A DNA stretch of 64,000 nt from Lama guanicoe (Eukaryota). The position numbers were made by a program, and so were the translations under genes. Positions 13,785 through 28,500 of the stretch are shown piece after piece; within the stretch, counting starts at the first letter, position 1, and every line of letters starts with the position of its first letter. Location: contig MU053994.1 of NCBI GenBank assembly GCA_013239625.1, forward strand, positions 3,229,589 through 3,293,588, given 5' to 3'. The notes below the pieces were generated by a model. It did not search any database and was not told where the DNA came from. It was given only the letters and a program-made list of their open reading frames with translations.

Positions 13785-15452
13785 CATACATTTCTCCAAC
13801 TTTGAAATGACAAAAGCCCAATTCTATGGTTTCCCATTACACAGCATCCTACAGGTATGTATAGTCTACAAAGAATACTATGGAGTTTCTCTTCCTCCCC
13901 TGTCACACAAGAGATAACTGATGAGGGTTCCATCCGCTTGTCCCGGACTGGCAGTGCACCAGCGTTCTGGCCGTTCTGAGGACAGGGCAAAGGGATCGGG
14001 GCACACAGAAAGAAAAGTGGGACATTTACAAAGAATCCGAACCTTTCCGATCCCCTCACCTCCTGGGTGTTGGAGGACACCTCCTGCACAAACGCTCTTG
14101 CACGCTAAGGCTTCGCTGTACCCTGCAAATACGTACAATGGGATACGGTGAAATATACAACAACCGTTAACATCGCTCTCTTTTTAATCACTGAGACAAT
14201 ACTTCAAAACCTTTTATAAAAAGGCAATTATACATACAGAAGAAAAGAACACGTTGGCAAAACTTTATGCGGAACAACCCCAGAACTGAGTTTGAATGGC
14301 GACGCGCCTGCCTTGCAGTGAAAACACGACGCTGTGGTCTCCGCACACGAGGGTGGTGCGGCCTTCCCGGCGGCCCCCGGGCCTGCTGTCCCCGCGGCCT
14401 CCCACCCACCTGCGTGGGTGCCACCCCGGGACACAGCGGAGACCGGAGATCAGTTCCCCCAATTCTTGGTCTCTTCAAAATGAAAATAGGTGGGGCCACT
14501 CACCGTGGAGGAACACCTATTTCTACTCCCAAGCAGAACTCCTTGAAAAGAGATTGCCCATCCTCTGGGTCCCAAGATGGTCACCCCCAGGGCTCTCTTG
14601 GTGAGACCACTGGCACGTTCCTTTGGTCATGTGCTGGAGAGAACGGAACCAACACATAAGTGGCAGCGAAGTTCCAAGTTTCTGCACATACGCAAATAGG
14701 GAGTTGTGCTTGGGGCCAGAAACGAGATCTCCTGTGTGGTGCCAAACATCTCTTTCCATTTTCTTTTGCTCGGTCCATTTGCACAGGTTCAAGATTTGAT
14801 GGTCAGGTGAGAGGTGGCGGGAACTCTGAATTTTCTACCCCCTCCCCTCCAAGAGCTAAGACTTGGCGGTGCCTGTCCTAGAAATGGCGTGGCTCCCCAC
14901 CTCCTCCTCTCTCTGCAGCTGGGTCTGCCCACCTGCTGCAGCCCAAGAGTAGCAGAGAAAAGACCAGACAAAAGGGATGTGGACTGGTGAATATACTCTT
15001 TTTTTTCTCCCTTTCTCCCACTTCTGGATGCATGTCACATCTAAACTTCGCTCACTAAGCTGGAAGACCTGGGACTTCCAGTAGCTCCAAGTTTAAGGCA
15101 AACTGATAAGTGGGTGTGGGCAAAACCAATCAAGCATTGAGCCTAGAGGTAACATCCTGTAACTGAAGACACCAAACGGAGAGGAAGACCTTACTTCTAA
15201 AGGGGTAAGAAGAGGAAAATTCTACCAATTGAAATGATTCATAGTTAAATCTTGTAGCCCTTCTGTTAGCTGCAGTGAGAAGCAAATTATCTTTCTCAGA
15301 GGAGAATTAATTAGAGGCGCAGACCAAGAGAAAGAGCGCTCAGGGACCTTTACACTATTCCATGTCGTGATCAGCCTCGGTATCATAAGCCCTTGTAAAG
15401 AGGATGGAATTAGGAGGCTGTGTTCAGTTCTGGAGAAACCCCTCCCCCCCAC

Positions 15453-15492
15453 CACACACACACACACACAGACACACACACACACAGACACA
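15453..15492. repeat. Imperfect (CA)n microsatellite
   Basis: Direct reading. Confidence 0.9.
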
Positions 15493-18400
15493 TACAAAAC
15501 ACAGCCTGATGAGAGGAAAATAAGCAGGAGGGATGAGGACCCGAAGGGGGCTTGTTTGGAATGCTGATTGCAAGGTGCCTTCTCCTCTTTCCAAGGAGAC
15601 AGCGTGGGAGGCATTATAACTCAGAATTTATTAATCAAGAAATGTTCTTGCTAGCTTAGCGCCCTGTTCTCTTTGCCCCAAGTTAAGAGACTGACTGAAA
15701 TGAAGAAAAGGACATCACAACAGTGGGAGACAAGACTTTGCTGCGGGCTGCCTGTCCTTAAAGGGACAGTATCCACGCCAGGCGCGTCCACTGTCCAATT
15801 TCTTCAAGGGTGGCTCAACTGAGTACACTTTTTCAAGGAATGAACTCAAAGCCTTAATGAACAGATTAACTACAAGTGACTTAAAAACAAATCCCCAAAC
15901 CTCCTCTGCAGTAATGAGAGCAAAGGCTTTAAAAAAACATCATCGTCGCATGGAGCCCAGGTCTGGCGGGCTGGCATCAGCAGTGGGAGATGGAACGGCC
16001 CCGGGAAGGGCAGGACGCGCCGATCCCTCCGACCCCTCACACGGTGAGGGCCTCGAAGTATCTAGACACCCCACCAGCCGTGGGACAGGCGCCGAAGATG
16101 CCTCCCGAATGCAAATTGCAGGAAGTAGGTCACCCATTTCTTTTCCTGTCTGAGTGAATATTTTAAACCATCTCACCTGCCAGGAGAGACATTTGATTGC
16201 ATTTGAGAAGGCTACCATATTATGCTGACACTGGGAAACTTGAGATGAATTGAGTGACGTTTTCTTTTTTAGCGTTCCAATTGAATATGGTGCGTGTGCA
16301 AAGGAAGTACTGCTTTATGATTACAAAATCAGGACTTTTTTTTAACAACTAACTCGACATCTTAAAAAACACCCCCTTTTTTGCTGTGGAGAGGGGGGTT
16401 GGGGTGTGGGAGAGAGCCCTCAGAACATGGCTCAATTGACCAGTGAAAGATTGAATATAATCATTTGCTCTGTTCTTTTAAAGAAAAAAATGATTTGGTT
16501 GATGGAATGGAAGCACTAAAGCAGCTTTTTAGTTGTTTTCTCTGATTGCTCAGTGGACAGCTGTAATGGAGTGGCAGCAGCAATGAGTTGAAATTACTCT
16601 GGATTCAGAAATATTTTCTGCCAGGTCACAAAGACAGTGCTTGAGAGAAGACGTGTATTAGTGGAATGGAACAGATGACCTCTGAGAAGTCACACGGAAT
16701 GAGTTCTGGGTACACGAGTTTTGCCATCTGCACAATGGCGAGAGTAGGGCCTGCCTGTGCGCTTCTCCCAGGACGCATCAGTGGCGGCGAAGGGAGGACC
16801 AGCGCTACAACGCTTCTCAGTTCTGGGGCTACAGACATTTCAGTTGGCATTGCTCTGCTCTCCTCTGCCTGGCCCACCTTTATCAGCTTGGTGGGTGCCT
16901 AAAGACAGAGGCACTGTCAGCATCTCTGGAGATAACTGGTCTCAGAGGGCAAGAGGGACTGGGGGGGTTTCTACCAGAGGGAGGGAGCGAGCCTCTGTTC
17001 CCCAGGTGCTGTGTTCTTCTTTGTGCTTCATTGGAAAAGAGGTAGAGTGGACACTTTCACACTGAGAAGAGCCCGGATTGTGGCCAGTAGCATCACGGAA
17101 TGAATGTCTGGCCTTGGCATCAGTTAAATTTAAATCAATCCTAACTCAGCCCTAAACAGCTCTAGGGGTTTCTCTCTCCATCCAGAGTGTCTCTGGTTTG
17201 GTGGTTTGGTCACCCTGCTATGGGGCCCCAACAGAAAGCAGCTCACTCAACACTTTGTAAGCTGTATACTCATCTGGTCACCGACCAAGGACGACATCAG
17301 AGGAAAAATCAACATCATTTAATAAGAGTAGGTGGGAGGGGAGGGTGACACCCTAAAAGGAGTATACAAATGCCTTCTCTTTGTGGTCCTTCAAGAGGAG
17401 CTCTTCTGCTCAGAACACATCCTGCATATCCTGCCAAGGCACACATCAATGAGGCCATCTAACCGACAATAAGCAAACACGATGGTATTTTTTTCAAAGA
17501 TCACAGGATAACAGAACCACTTCACACCCTGACAATCTAATGAAAAACCTTTCACCGATCTCCGGCAAACAAGTCAGAAAACCCCCAGCCTGAGTCTCCT
17601 GTATTGGGAGAATGTGACCTTGTGGAAGGGTGATGAGATGGTTAATGTCTCTAAAGCAACAAGGACAGAAAATTCTCCTGTGCCAAGGGATACAGCAAGA
17701 GGAAGGAGAAACCACAGGTGGCCTCCAGCACATTGGTGGCCCTCGGGTGCACTGCACTCTGGGAGCCAGACGAGGTCCCAGCTGTGCTCTGGCAGAGTAT
17801 TTTGTTGTCCTGTCAACTGATAGTCACTCCTGGGCCTTCGATGGTTCAATGAGCATCTAAATGGATTATAAAATCTCAAAGATTATCAGCTTGTAAACCT
17901 GAACAAATCTATAATGAAATGAAGGACCCAAAGGCATTTAATTATTGAACACATAAAAGGAAGTATATTTAAAAAAAAATTGGTCAAACTGTCCTGTTAG
18001 TTTATCATTTTAAAGGAATTTACAGGGCTGTTATAGATTATTCTTTTGGAATAATTCAGTTTATAGCAAATGCCTAAACTGGTTTCTTCATTGCACAGTA
18101 TATTCTCTTAAAATGGGTGCTTTAAAACAATTACATACATATTAAAAATCCTCATTTCTTTGCTTAATTAAAACGTTAATACTCTCCGACAACACAGATC
18201 TGAAATGGTGAAACCAGCGATTCCCCCTCCCACCTTACAACAAAGTAAATTGAGACAAAATTACAAACACATTTCACTACGTGATTATTATTAATAAAAA
18301 TCAGTTTGTTTTTGTTTTATAAAGTTGCCCGAAATGCAAGGGATGTGCATAGGTTTACAACTTAGTCATAATAGCATTTTATTCTTATTCCCCTGGGTGT

Positions 18401-19124
18401 GCCCCGTGAACGGAATGTACTTTGCTGTAGATTACAGATTGTTTTGTCCAACACAGACACACCGACAGCATAAACGCTCGCGACTGTCCACATGCATTAA
18501 GAGTCAAGACCCAACTTCAAATCTCTAAAAGGTTTACAGGGTGCTTCAAAGAGACAGTATCACATTATCTGGATGTTACATAAAGGACTTAAAAAAAATA
18601 CTATTCTAAAAAAAAAAAAGGAAAAAGAAAAGGCCTTTAAAAATTTATGAGTTTTGTAATCACTAGACTGATTTCAAATAAATAAAGGAAAGAAAGATAT
18701 TCCAATCCATAAAATCAGACTCTAAAAAGAATGTAGTGTTCCACCCCCAGTCAAGGTAACAGAATCATTGTTTATTATTATTAAAATAGATTATAGAAAG
18801 CAGCATCTATTTTGTGCAGTTTTTAGGGGCCTTGGAAATAAAAAGCTATGATTTCCAAAAATATAACATTCCAAAGGATTGAATAATACATACATTTAAA
18901 GATACATTTTATTAAAGTTTAGGAGAACTGATTAAAAAAGATACTGTCTCTTTAAATTAGTGTGTAATTGTTTTTCTCCTCCTATCTATTCGGACATGAC
19001 AATAATTATAAATGTAGGTCACACTACAACTAGGTAGTCTCTAGGGACCACGACCTGCTGACACAGGGCCGAGAACAAAGAGGCTTTTCCATGTACGAGG
19101 TGGTGCCAGATATCTGGGGGGGGC

Positions 19125-19439
<315 letters not shown>

Positions 19440-22400
19440 CTACCGCTTGCAACCGCCACTGCTCACCATGCGACAGGGGGCTCCACGCCAAACTGGACGG
19501 ACCCGAGGAAACAGACACCCTGCAGCCAGCGCACGGCCTCGCCCCTGCCTAGCGGTCCGGTTCCAGGGTCAGTTGGGGGCTGATTGTTGGGGCTGTAGCC
19601 CGAGTCAAGCGGCTCTGCCCTCGTTCCTCTGCCCCAGGCCGCTCATCTGTCTGGAGCCTGGCGGGCTGGGGGGCTTCGGGGGCGAGGTCAGAGCTGCCCC
19701 CCTGCCCCTGGCCCTCGTCTCTCGCTTGCAACGGGCCCCGGGGCCGAGCCGCGTTTGCACCCGGAAGCTCCTGCCTCTGGACAACAAATTAAGTTGTATT
19801 TTTCTCTCTTCTACTTAGAGGTTCACTGTGTTCCTGGAATTCAATTACATATAATGGCCCTCACGCAATAGCGGTGGATGCCAGAGGCAAAAGCTTTTTG
19901 GCTGTTACAAATAATGGATGAAATAAGGCCATTTCCCATATACAACGGCAATTGGCTTCTGATGAATCCCCTCAAATTGGTCTGCGTTGGAAATGGCCAA
20001 ATATCACTGTTCGTAAGTACTCACATCTCTTATGGAAAAAACTCGGCAAAGCAGTTACTGAACTCTCTGCTGCAGTCAAGACGCTCCCTCAGCTCCCACA
20101 GTGGCCACAGGGAGCCTCAGGAGCTCTAAAAGGTCACCAGAAAGTCTGCCTTTGTGTCTCTGCGGGTCAGATCCTAGGCTGAACTTTTAATGGACAAATT
20201 CAAATTTGAAACCAGGAAACTTTGTAAGTCAAATGAACCAACCTCCGCCTTCCTCAACACCAGGTAGGTGAGCTGTTGGGTTGAGTCTTAAATATCTGTA
20301 CAGACACAATCAAATAGCCATTCGATTAGTATCTCTCTCCCCAACTAGAGCTCAAGCCTGCCCTGCTGTGCCCAGCACTTGGCGTTGTGCCTTGTACACA
20401 GTAAGTGCTTAATAAATGATACTGAAAGAACAAGCACTTGGCTGACCGAGACTGGCCACTACAGGATTTGGTGAGCGTTAACGCTATCATCTAGAGACGG
20501 AGAAAGCCTACTAGGAAATGGGGGCCCCTGATGACAGAGCTCCAGAAAAACTGAAAGAGGCGCGCACTGCCAGCCCAGGACCCCGCTCCTTCTCTGAGGC
20601 CCGCCTGTCATTCATAAGAGATGCTTCCTGACGAGCCTTGGCCTGTGGGTGCCACCGTCTCGCAAGGGGATTTGAGATGAAATAAGGACACTCGAGTCCA
20701 TCACGACACCACAGTGGGGATGGACACACGCCAGAAAAGTTGAGAACTCAATCTTTTCTATCAGGACACTCTGAAATGAGACTGTCCTACCTCTTTCGTC
20801 CTCTTCTACCGGAATTTCAAAGCAGGACATGGCATGCTTTGGATGTTAGGTGCTGACTACTTCAGTGTGGATAAGACCTCAGTTAATCTCACCTTCTAAG
20901 GCCATATCGACACACTTTCTGCTTGCACTTAAAAAGCATAATATTTTCACTGTGGCTTTACTTTACAATAAACACAAAGCAAAAGCCGCATTTTAGGAAA
21001 CATGGATTCACCCAAAGATAGGAGTGCTTCCTACCAGTACGAGAAGGAACAGTTACTACCACATCACTCTGGGCTGGGGGATTCTATTGGAATACACAGT
21101 CCTGGGCTTTGAACCACTAGCAGAGCTTATAATTTGCTCACAAAGCTGGGCTGATGAAAACGTTCAAGAAAACTTATGGCTGAAAGCATAAGATTTTTAA
21201 TGTGGTTCTCTTCCCCAAATAATAAAGCTCCCTCTTAAGGATCTCCTAAGATGAAGCTGTCATTTGCTAGTCTCTTCCTCTACAACAGCTAGTCTGCAGG
21301 CCTGACTTACGCATGAGCAGAGTTTTTAACTCAGTGAAAACAAAATGCCTTTATTCTAACAGCAAAAGCAAGGATTTGTGGGAACAAAATGTCTACATTC
21401 TAAATCTATGAGAGGAAACAAGGCTGTGTTTCATCACCTAGCTGGTACTTACAGGCAATTTTCTGCACCATTTTGGCAGCTATGGAAAATTAGTAAGAGG
21501 GCAGGAAAACAGGCAAAAACAAAAACAAAGCAAAGATGATAATTCAAGAAAAATACATGGTAACCAAAGGTAAGAGCTAACCACAATGTGGCGTTTCAAA
21601 CATGTTTGTGTATTCAATAAGATGGAAAAGCAGAATTTACCAAGGAATACATCTTTTGCAAATGAAATGACAAAAAATGATGACCGGAAATATGAGTGAC
21701 GTATGAGTCTAAATATTTAATCTTCCTTAAAGGGACACAAAGCAAACATTTCCAAGCCTCGATTTTACTGTCATCAACTTGGGTGAGTCTGGGCCAAGAG
21801 CTTCCTGGGGGTTTCTGGGCCCCGTAGGGGTGACGCTCTTCAGGATAACTGTGTGTAGCGCTTCGGCTGCAGGATTACCCCGCAGCAGATAAGCAGCAAA
21901 ATACTTACCAGGCAAGCTGTAATGACCTTCTTATCTGCCCAGCAACAGAAGGCTGTCGAAACCAGCCTGGCGCTAGAGGGTGCTGCCGACTGAGGGGACA
22001 GAGCTCACATCTAGGTTTGGTGTAGTCTCCAGGGGTCTGGGCAGAAATTCTGCATGGGTTCCACTCCACAGATTGCCCAGGGGCACCTGGGCAGCCCCAC
22101 CGAGGTTGTAGATTGCTTACAGTTCTCCTCGGGCAAAGCCATGGTTGGCCCAGAGCTGGCCTGGGGCCCACTGCTCTCAGCACAGCCCCGTGGGGCGGGG
22201 GCCTCCTGGACAGAGCAGACTTAACGGATAAGGCCGCAGGTTGACTTCTGGAGACTAAAGCCTGAACTTGCCTCGACTCTGATCACAGAAGAACCACACT
22301 TCTCCACGTTGTTTAATTCCTAAACCTCAAGCTCGGGAAATCTTAATGGCTGGCATCAAGAACAAAGCGGAGCTTTGTTTAGCTGGCTTAATGAGATGGG

Positions 22401-22456
22401 GCTTTGGTCCTAAATGCACAATGCAGATGCATCCTTACTCTGGGGTGTGCTGATTA

Positions 22457-22588
<132 letters not shown>

Positions 22589-25500
22589 TTAAAAGAAGAA
22601 ATAACTAACGCACAACGTTCAAGTGGGTCCATAGAAAACGACACACCTGGAAAAGCCCTCAATTCAAATTTCTAGCAAGGTATTATTAAATTGACCAACT
22701 TTGTAAACAACTTATCAGCCAAAGGATGGACAAGAGCCATCAACAAATAAAAGTTGACAAACTGGACATTCTTATGAATATCACAAATCCATCCAACTTA
22801 TTTTTCTTTAGGAAAGTGAACACTGATTATGCTGGTTAATGTTCATTTAAACCTGACTGTGAACTGTAACCTGAATTTTAACCTCTAGGTAATGCATTGT
22901 GGTGCGGGCTCAGACCGGCAGGCTGGCTTCAGCACCCATCGGGAGCCCACGACACCGCACTTCACATTTCAGATTGCTAACGTGCAGAGCAGACCCTGGC
23001 CACAGTGACCACGAGGCCGGTGTTCACGCTGACACAGGCCTTCTGAGGTACCCTGATGGAAGCCCGCCCCTTCTGGGACCCACAGGGAAGGGAGACCTGC
23101 CCGGGATGGAGCCTGGAGCCGCTGGAGAAGCCATGAGGCTGTGGGGAACTTGCAGGCCCAAGAGAAGATGCTGCAATAAAGGGAGAGGGACCTCTGAGGT
23201 TCCCTGCCAAGGCACCAGAAACCTCTAACCGTGCGAGCTCCTAGTCTGTATAGACAGAAGGCAAAGCAGACACCCACCACTGCGGGAGATGATTCTGTAA
23301 GGGTTACTGCTTTTGCTCCTCCCCTGTGAGGACAGGACACTCCCAGGGGTTACAGCCACCCCCCAGCCCTGCCACAAAAGCCAGCGTATCCAGGCACACA
23401 GTTCACAAGGGACTGATGTGTAATTAGTCTGCATCAGGGGTGACTATCTTACTCTCCTTTAGACAAGAATTTAACAAGTCTATTCTGCTATCCACATCGT
23501 TTGCTTTCTAAGTGGCCTTTCAGTGGTTTGCTTCGCCCTGTTCCTCCTCCCTCCTCCTGTGCCTGGTTTGCAGTAGCAGCATGTGGACTGGTTGCTTTGC
23601 CTGCAATCATACTGAACCGTGTCACTAGAATGAGCTTTCGGAAATGCAAGTCCCATAGTGCCGCTCCTCCACTCCGACCCCTTCAACAGCTCCCTCTTGG
23701 CCTTGGGATAAAATGTACCCTTTTTAGCATGAATGTCAGTTCCCTCCCTCATGAGCTGGTCCATGTTTACCCCGTCAGCCTCTCTCTGCCGCTTCCCCTC
23801 CACAGACTGGCCTTGCTGAACCACTTTTAGTTCCAGGAAGGGCCCGCCTGTTCCTGCTCCTCTCTGCCTGGATGCTCTGTCCCTGTCCTCACTCTCCCTT
23901 TTGCTTGGCTGCGTGTTCTGTCTCCTGAAAGGCCTCTGGGAGCTCTGAGCCGAGGTCAGGTGTCCCTCTCGTGTGCTCCGACATCATTTGGGCATCTGTG
24001 GTGCCCATCACCCTGGAAATGTAAGTGCCCGGATACTGGCGGGTAAGCATCTTGAGGGCAGGGGCTGCGTCTTGTTCAGCGCTCACCCCCATCCCCCAAA
24101 TGGCACCTGGCAGAAGTTGTCCTATGATCAAACAAAAATGTAAAAGCGGTACAGGTACCTACAATTTTCACAAAATGTTTTGAGGCAGGTTTGACTAGAA
24201 GGCACTGTGCTTTTGTGGCTGAAGGGAATCTCTTGGCCTCTATGAATATAAGGGCATGAATTAGTAAAGGTTTTGACTTTTCCGTTTAGTGCAAGGTTCA
24301 CCTTCACGAGGCTTATGCTTCCGAATTTCAGCTGCAGTGTCTCATCGGTAAGGGAGCTGGGCCTCCTGTTTTCCCCACCCACCCAAGTGCTTTACCTGTG
24401 ACAGTCACAGCCTTGGATCCCCCGTGGGAGAAAGCTTGTCAAACTCGCATATGTTTATTTCTGAACGAGGTCATTGGCATCTCTGCAAATCCTTTTGTGA
24501 CTGAAGACTAGCAAGAAACAAACAACGTGAAATAGTCCACGTTGAGCTCAATCGAGCTTAATAGGGATCTTCACTTAAGAGATGTCCTTTTTCCCTATCC
24601 TTCCTGTGCTATGAATCAGGTGACTCTAGGGTCAGTTGAGACAAGTTTTCGTCATCACCTGACACCCACCCAGAGCCACCTTCTGGGTGACTTAGATGGG
24701 GAAAGAATCCTAAGGCACAGTCCCTACCTTTGCTTCCATCCCTGAAGCTCCTCCGAGTGCCAGGTGGCAGGCCACGCAGCCTAGATGCTGAGTGGGACCC
24801 AGGGATTAAGTCGAGAATGCCACCCCAGGTGTAGAATGTCCTTTTCTCCACTCAGTGACCCCAGCCTGAGAGCCTCCCAATTTTCTGAACATTTTAAGTT
24901 CTAGACTGCTGGTATATTACACCAGAAAACCCATCACGTGGAAGCCATCAGCTCGCTGCAGACTCCCCTTCTCTGCACTGCCTTCACGCCCTTAGTCTCC
25001 ATCCCCAGAGACAGGAACTGTCAATGACGACTATACTTATCATGCTGCCAAATGCCTCCTATGTCTACAAATCAGGTTATGAATATAGCAATTCCAAGGA
25101 AAGAACAGGCATACTTCTATTAGATGAAAATTATGTGATCCATGACATTCTCCTTTTCGGCCTGGTTGCCAGGAAGTTCAGAGCTACATTTCACGTTTAT
25201 CACATTAACTTCAGTAGCCTCTATGGTTCGTATATTTGTTTCCTCCTTCTTTTCATGGCTTTAACTTTCTAGCCTGTATTACTGTCTTTGCAAAAGTTTT
25301 AAGGTGCGTCGAATACTGCCTGAGATTTTCTTGCCTAGTTGCCCTTAAATCTTCAGCAGAGTCACCACACATGTCCCCAGCTGTTCTCTGCTCTACTGAT
25401 GGGTCTGAGGGGGGTGCCATTTTGTGTGTGGCCTCAGCTGGCCTAATGTTCAGGAACAGAAATGGAATTGCTTCACAAGATACCCCTCCCTCAGGCCATT

Positions 25501-28500
25501 AATAGGTGGCTTTAAGATGTGCTCTAAACCCTTTTCCTTTTTAGCTTTTAAGATGAGACACAAATTTGTTAATATTTATAGGCAAATATCTCTTTCTGAA
25601 TCTCAGAGAGGGGAGAAAGACTCTAGAAAGATCACTGAAAATACGTTGGATTCAAACAGCCAAAGAAGCATTAATTGAACATTTAAAGCTAATTCTTTAG
25701 TTCTCCTTAGTGGAGAGACATTGATTTAATGGCTCATCTATGGCCAATAATTAATCTCAGGTTACTACCCTCAAGGAATAAAAACTCACTGGACCAAGTA
25801 TCTAAGTAGATTTCCTTAAAACTTAACCTGGTTTGCAAAATTAAAAAGTACTTAAGGGCAAGCATCTGAGTCATTCTGTACAAAAATCTAAGGGTTTAAG
25901 GAAGAGCACAGTGTCCCCAGAAACACTCTTAAGAGAGCCAACTGATTTAATAAAACAGCCCTTAGTCAGAACCTGGCTCTTGTTTCCAAGCCCAGATTCC
26001 TAACAACACTGTACCTACCCTCGATGACAACCTTTCCCTCTGGGACCAAAAGCAAACCCACAAAAGTTCTGCTACTGTCAACTCTTCAATGCAGCAAATG
26101 GACAAATCAGAATAAAACTAAAATCTGAAAGTGTTTTCATTACACACTGGACCTATTTCAGTTTTGTTATTGTCCAAGCCATGGCTTTGTTTCCGTGAGA
26201 AATTAGCTCTATAGCTTTCATCAGGTTTGACTGCCTTACAGATTTTTCTAACTGCTAACACAAAGATTTAAATTGTACTGCTACACACAAGGTGGACCAG
26301 TTTAGGGACTCTTGGGGTTAACTCTTCTAGGATGGCACAGTGAAAGGAGGCTGGGATTTATTAAAAAAAAAAATCCCAAATACAAACCAAGACTGTTGGT
26401 CACAATTACATTAAGCCTTGGTTTCTTCATCTCCAAAAGGAGATACTGATATCTGTCTCAGGGTTACAAGGATCAGGGGAGGAGTACGAATGCTTGGGAA
26501 AATACAGAGCACTGTAGAAACAAACACAATCTATTTCTTACTATTTTAAAAGAAGCCAGGTTACTCATTTTCTCCTAGTTCAGTGTCTCTACATGGTCCT
26601 TGGGGTTTAAAGTTGGACAGTATCTTATTTAGTATTGTCAGACATGTGTTGAATTTGGCCCAAATTGTCTAAAATCAGTTACGATGGCACAACCTAAATG
26701 AGCCGACCACCGGCGGCATGCAGGCTCTCTGGTTCCCCCAGAGTGAAGTCGTGTCAGCAGTGGCACAAGTGAGAGGGTTTTAAAAATGCCACATGGCACT
26801 CCTCCCGTTATGGAGAGCTTCCAATGAACACTGAGGAAGGAATTTCATCCTCACCAGCTTGCCATCTTATTTGTGTTCTTAGCTCCTGGCACAAAACTAA
26901 AAGTACCTAAGACAAGCTGGTTGAGGCAAGCCGTCTCAAACTGTCCGTGAGACACAGCGGCGTGGGCAGTCACCCAGGCCGGCGGGAAAGGGCACGGAGA
27001 AGAGAGCGCCCGGAGCCGTGAGCCTCTGCCTGACAGCAGGTGGTCATGGCCACGGGCGTCCTGAAGGCAGGGTGTGGGCCTCGCCTCCCCCAGGGGGAGA
27101 GTGGGCTGAAGGCAGAGAGAGGCCTGGAGGCAAAGCCCAGGCAGTGCGGACCCTGGGCGGGAGAGCCTGGGACCAGAGTGGTCAACCAGACCAATGAGAG
27201 GAGCGGGACTTGGGTGATTCCTGGCCTGAGGGCCACAGGCCCTAAGAGGCTCAGGCAGCGTCCCGGGAGCACAGTTCCGAGAGGAGGGGACATGGGACAC
27301 GGGAGGGAAGAATGCAGTGAGCTCATCCAGCGGACGGGGCAGGGAAGATGCCCAGCCCGGGCCGAGGGCCACCCGTGAAAGTCACTGCTGTGGGCATCCT
27401 GCAAAGGCCGAGAGAAGTGCCTCCCGTTCAGCAGTGCAGAGCAGCGCATGACCGGGCGAGGGCGAGGGGAGAGCTGGATGACGGGAGTGGATGGAGCAGC
27501 GGTGGCAGCAATGGTGGCGGTGGCAGCAGCAGGTGAGGCAGAAAGCCCTGGAAAGTGGACGGAGGTAATGCAGAGGGGGTCTGAGGAGGCCTGCAGCCAG
27601 CATACTGCTAGAGACATTACTACCAGCAGAAAACGACGTTCAGGTGAAGACCAGTGTGGAACCCAAGGAGAGGACGGCGAAGACCAGGACCAGGATTGAG
27701 ACTTTGCCTCTAGCCACCCCTGGCCAGAAGGTTTTTCCAATCCCTAGTAAGGAGGGATTAGTAGTTAAACAAAAATCAGTCTGCGTTACACGTCACATAT
27801 TTAGTTCTATAAAGGTCCAAGTTAACTGTTAAGTAAACTGTATCATGTTCACCTTCTGTTGCTTTCTTCCCCAGCCCCTTAACCAGATTCCAAGTTCAAG
27901 AACCCCATCAGGTGCTGTGACACAGAAACGGATGAACCCACTGGCCATGATGCTAGGATCTTGGAGCCGAGTAACTAAGCCGTCAGGCCGCAGGTCACAG
28001 AGACCCTGGCCATGCTGGTTCCAGCCTCCCTTTGGGGATGGCTAGTGGACCCCAAGTCTCATACAGTGGCCCTTGAACAGGGACCGTCCCCGTCTGGGAT
28101 AGCCAGGTAAGCCTTGTGACAAAACGAGCCTGCTTGAGGGGAGCTGGTCTACTGTTGCACCAGGTTGTATTCTGCTTCCATTTATGAGTGATGAGGGATT
28201 TTTGGTGCAGGTCGGTCTGGGAGTCACACGGGCACCCACAAGCCTCCTATAACCTGCCCTGATGTCTACAACACCCAAATCCTTCCTACTGGGCTGAGTG
28301 CCACTTCTGCTGAGTTTTTCCTCAGACGTGAGAAACAGCTTGTCAGCGTTGCTGGTGTAAGGCCTTTGGCTTTCTCCTTTTCAGGTGTAGTGACCCCTGT
28401 TGCTTCCAGCATGGGGGGCATCTGCAAATCATCTGCTGTCTCTGCGTCTAGCTCTGAGTCCTCTCCAAGTGCTCCGTGCCCTCCCTCGTTTTAGCTCAGG

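Larger units (their letters stand above)
13760..19124 (-). other. CASK: Probable long CASK 3'UTR
   Basis: About 5.4 kb after the stop with no recognisable interspersed repeats, AU-rich blocks, and a minus-strand AATAAA at 13779-13784. Length fits the recalled long mammalian CASK UTR; the end point is inferred. Confidence 0.65.

Noticed and set aside
11900..17900. Many overlapping 60-140 aa ORFs
   Set aside because: No recognisable domains or splice-consistent structure; expected by chance in GC-richer UTR and intergenic DNA.
21960..21990. CTCF-like motif (similar partial ones near 37650 and 50015)
   Set aside because: Core mismatches; not supportable without a position weight matrix scan or ChIP data.
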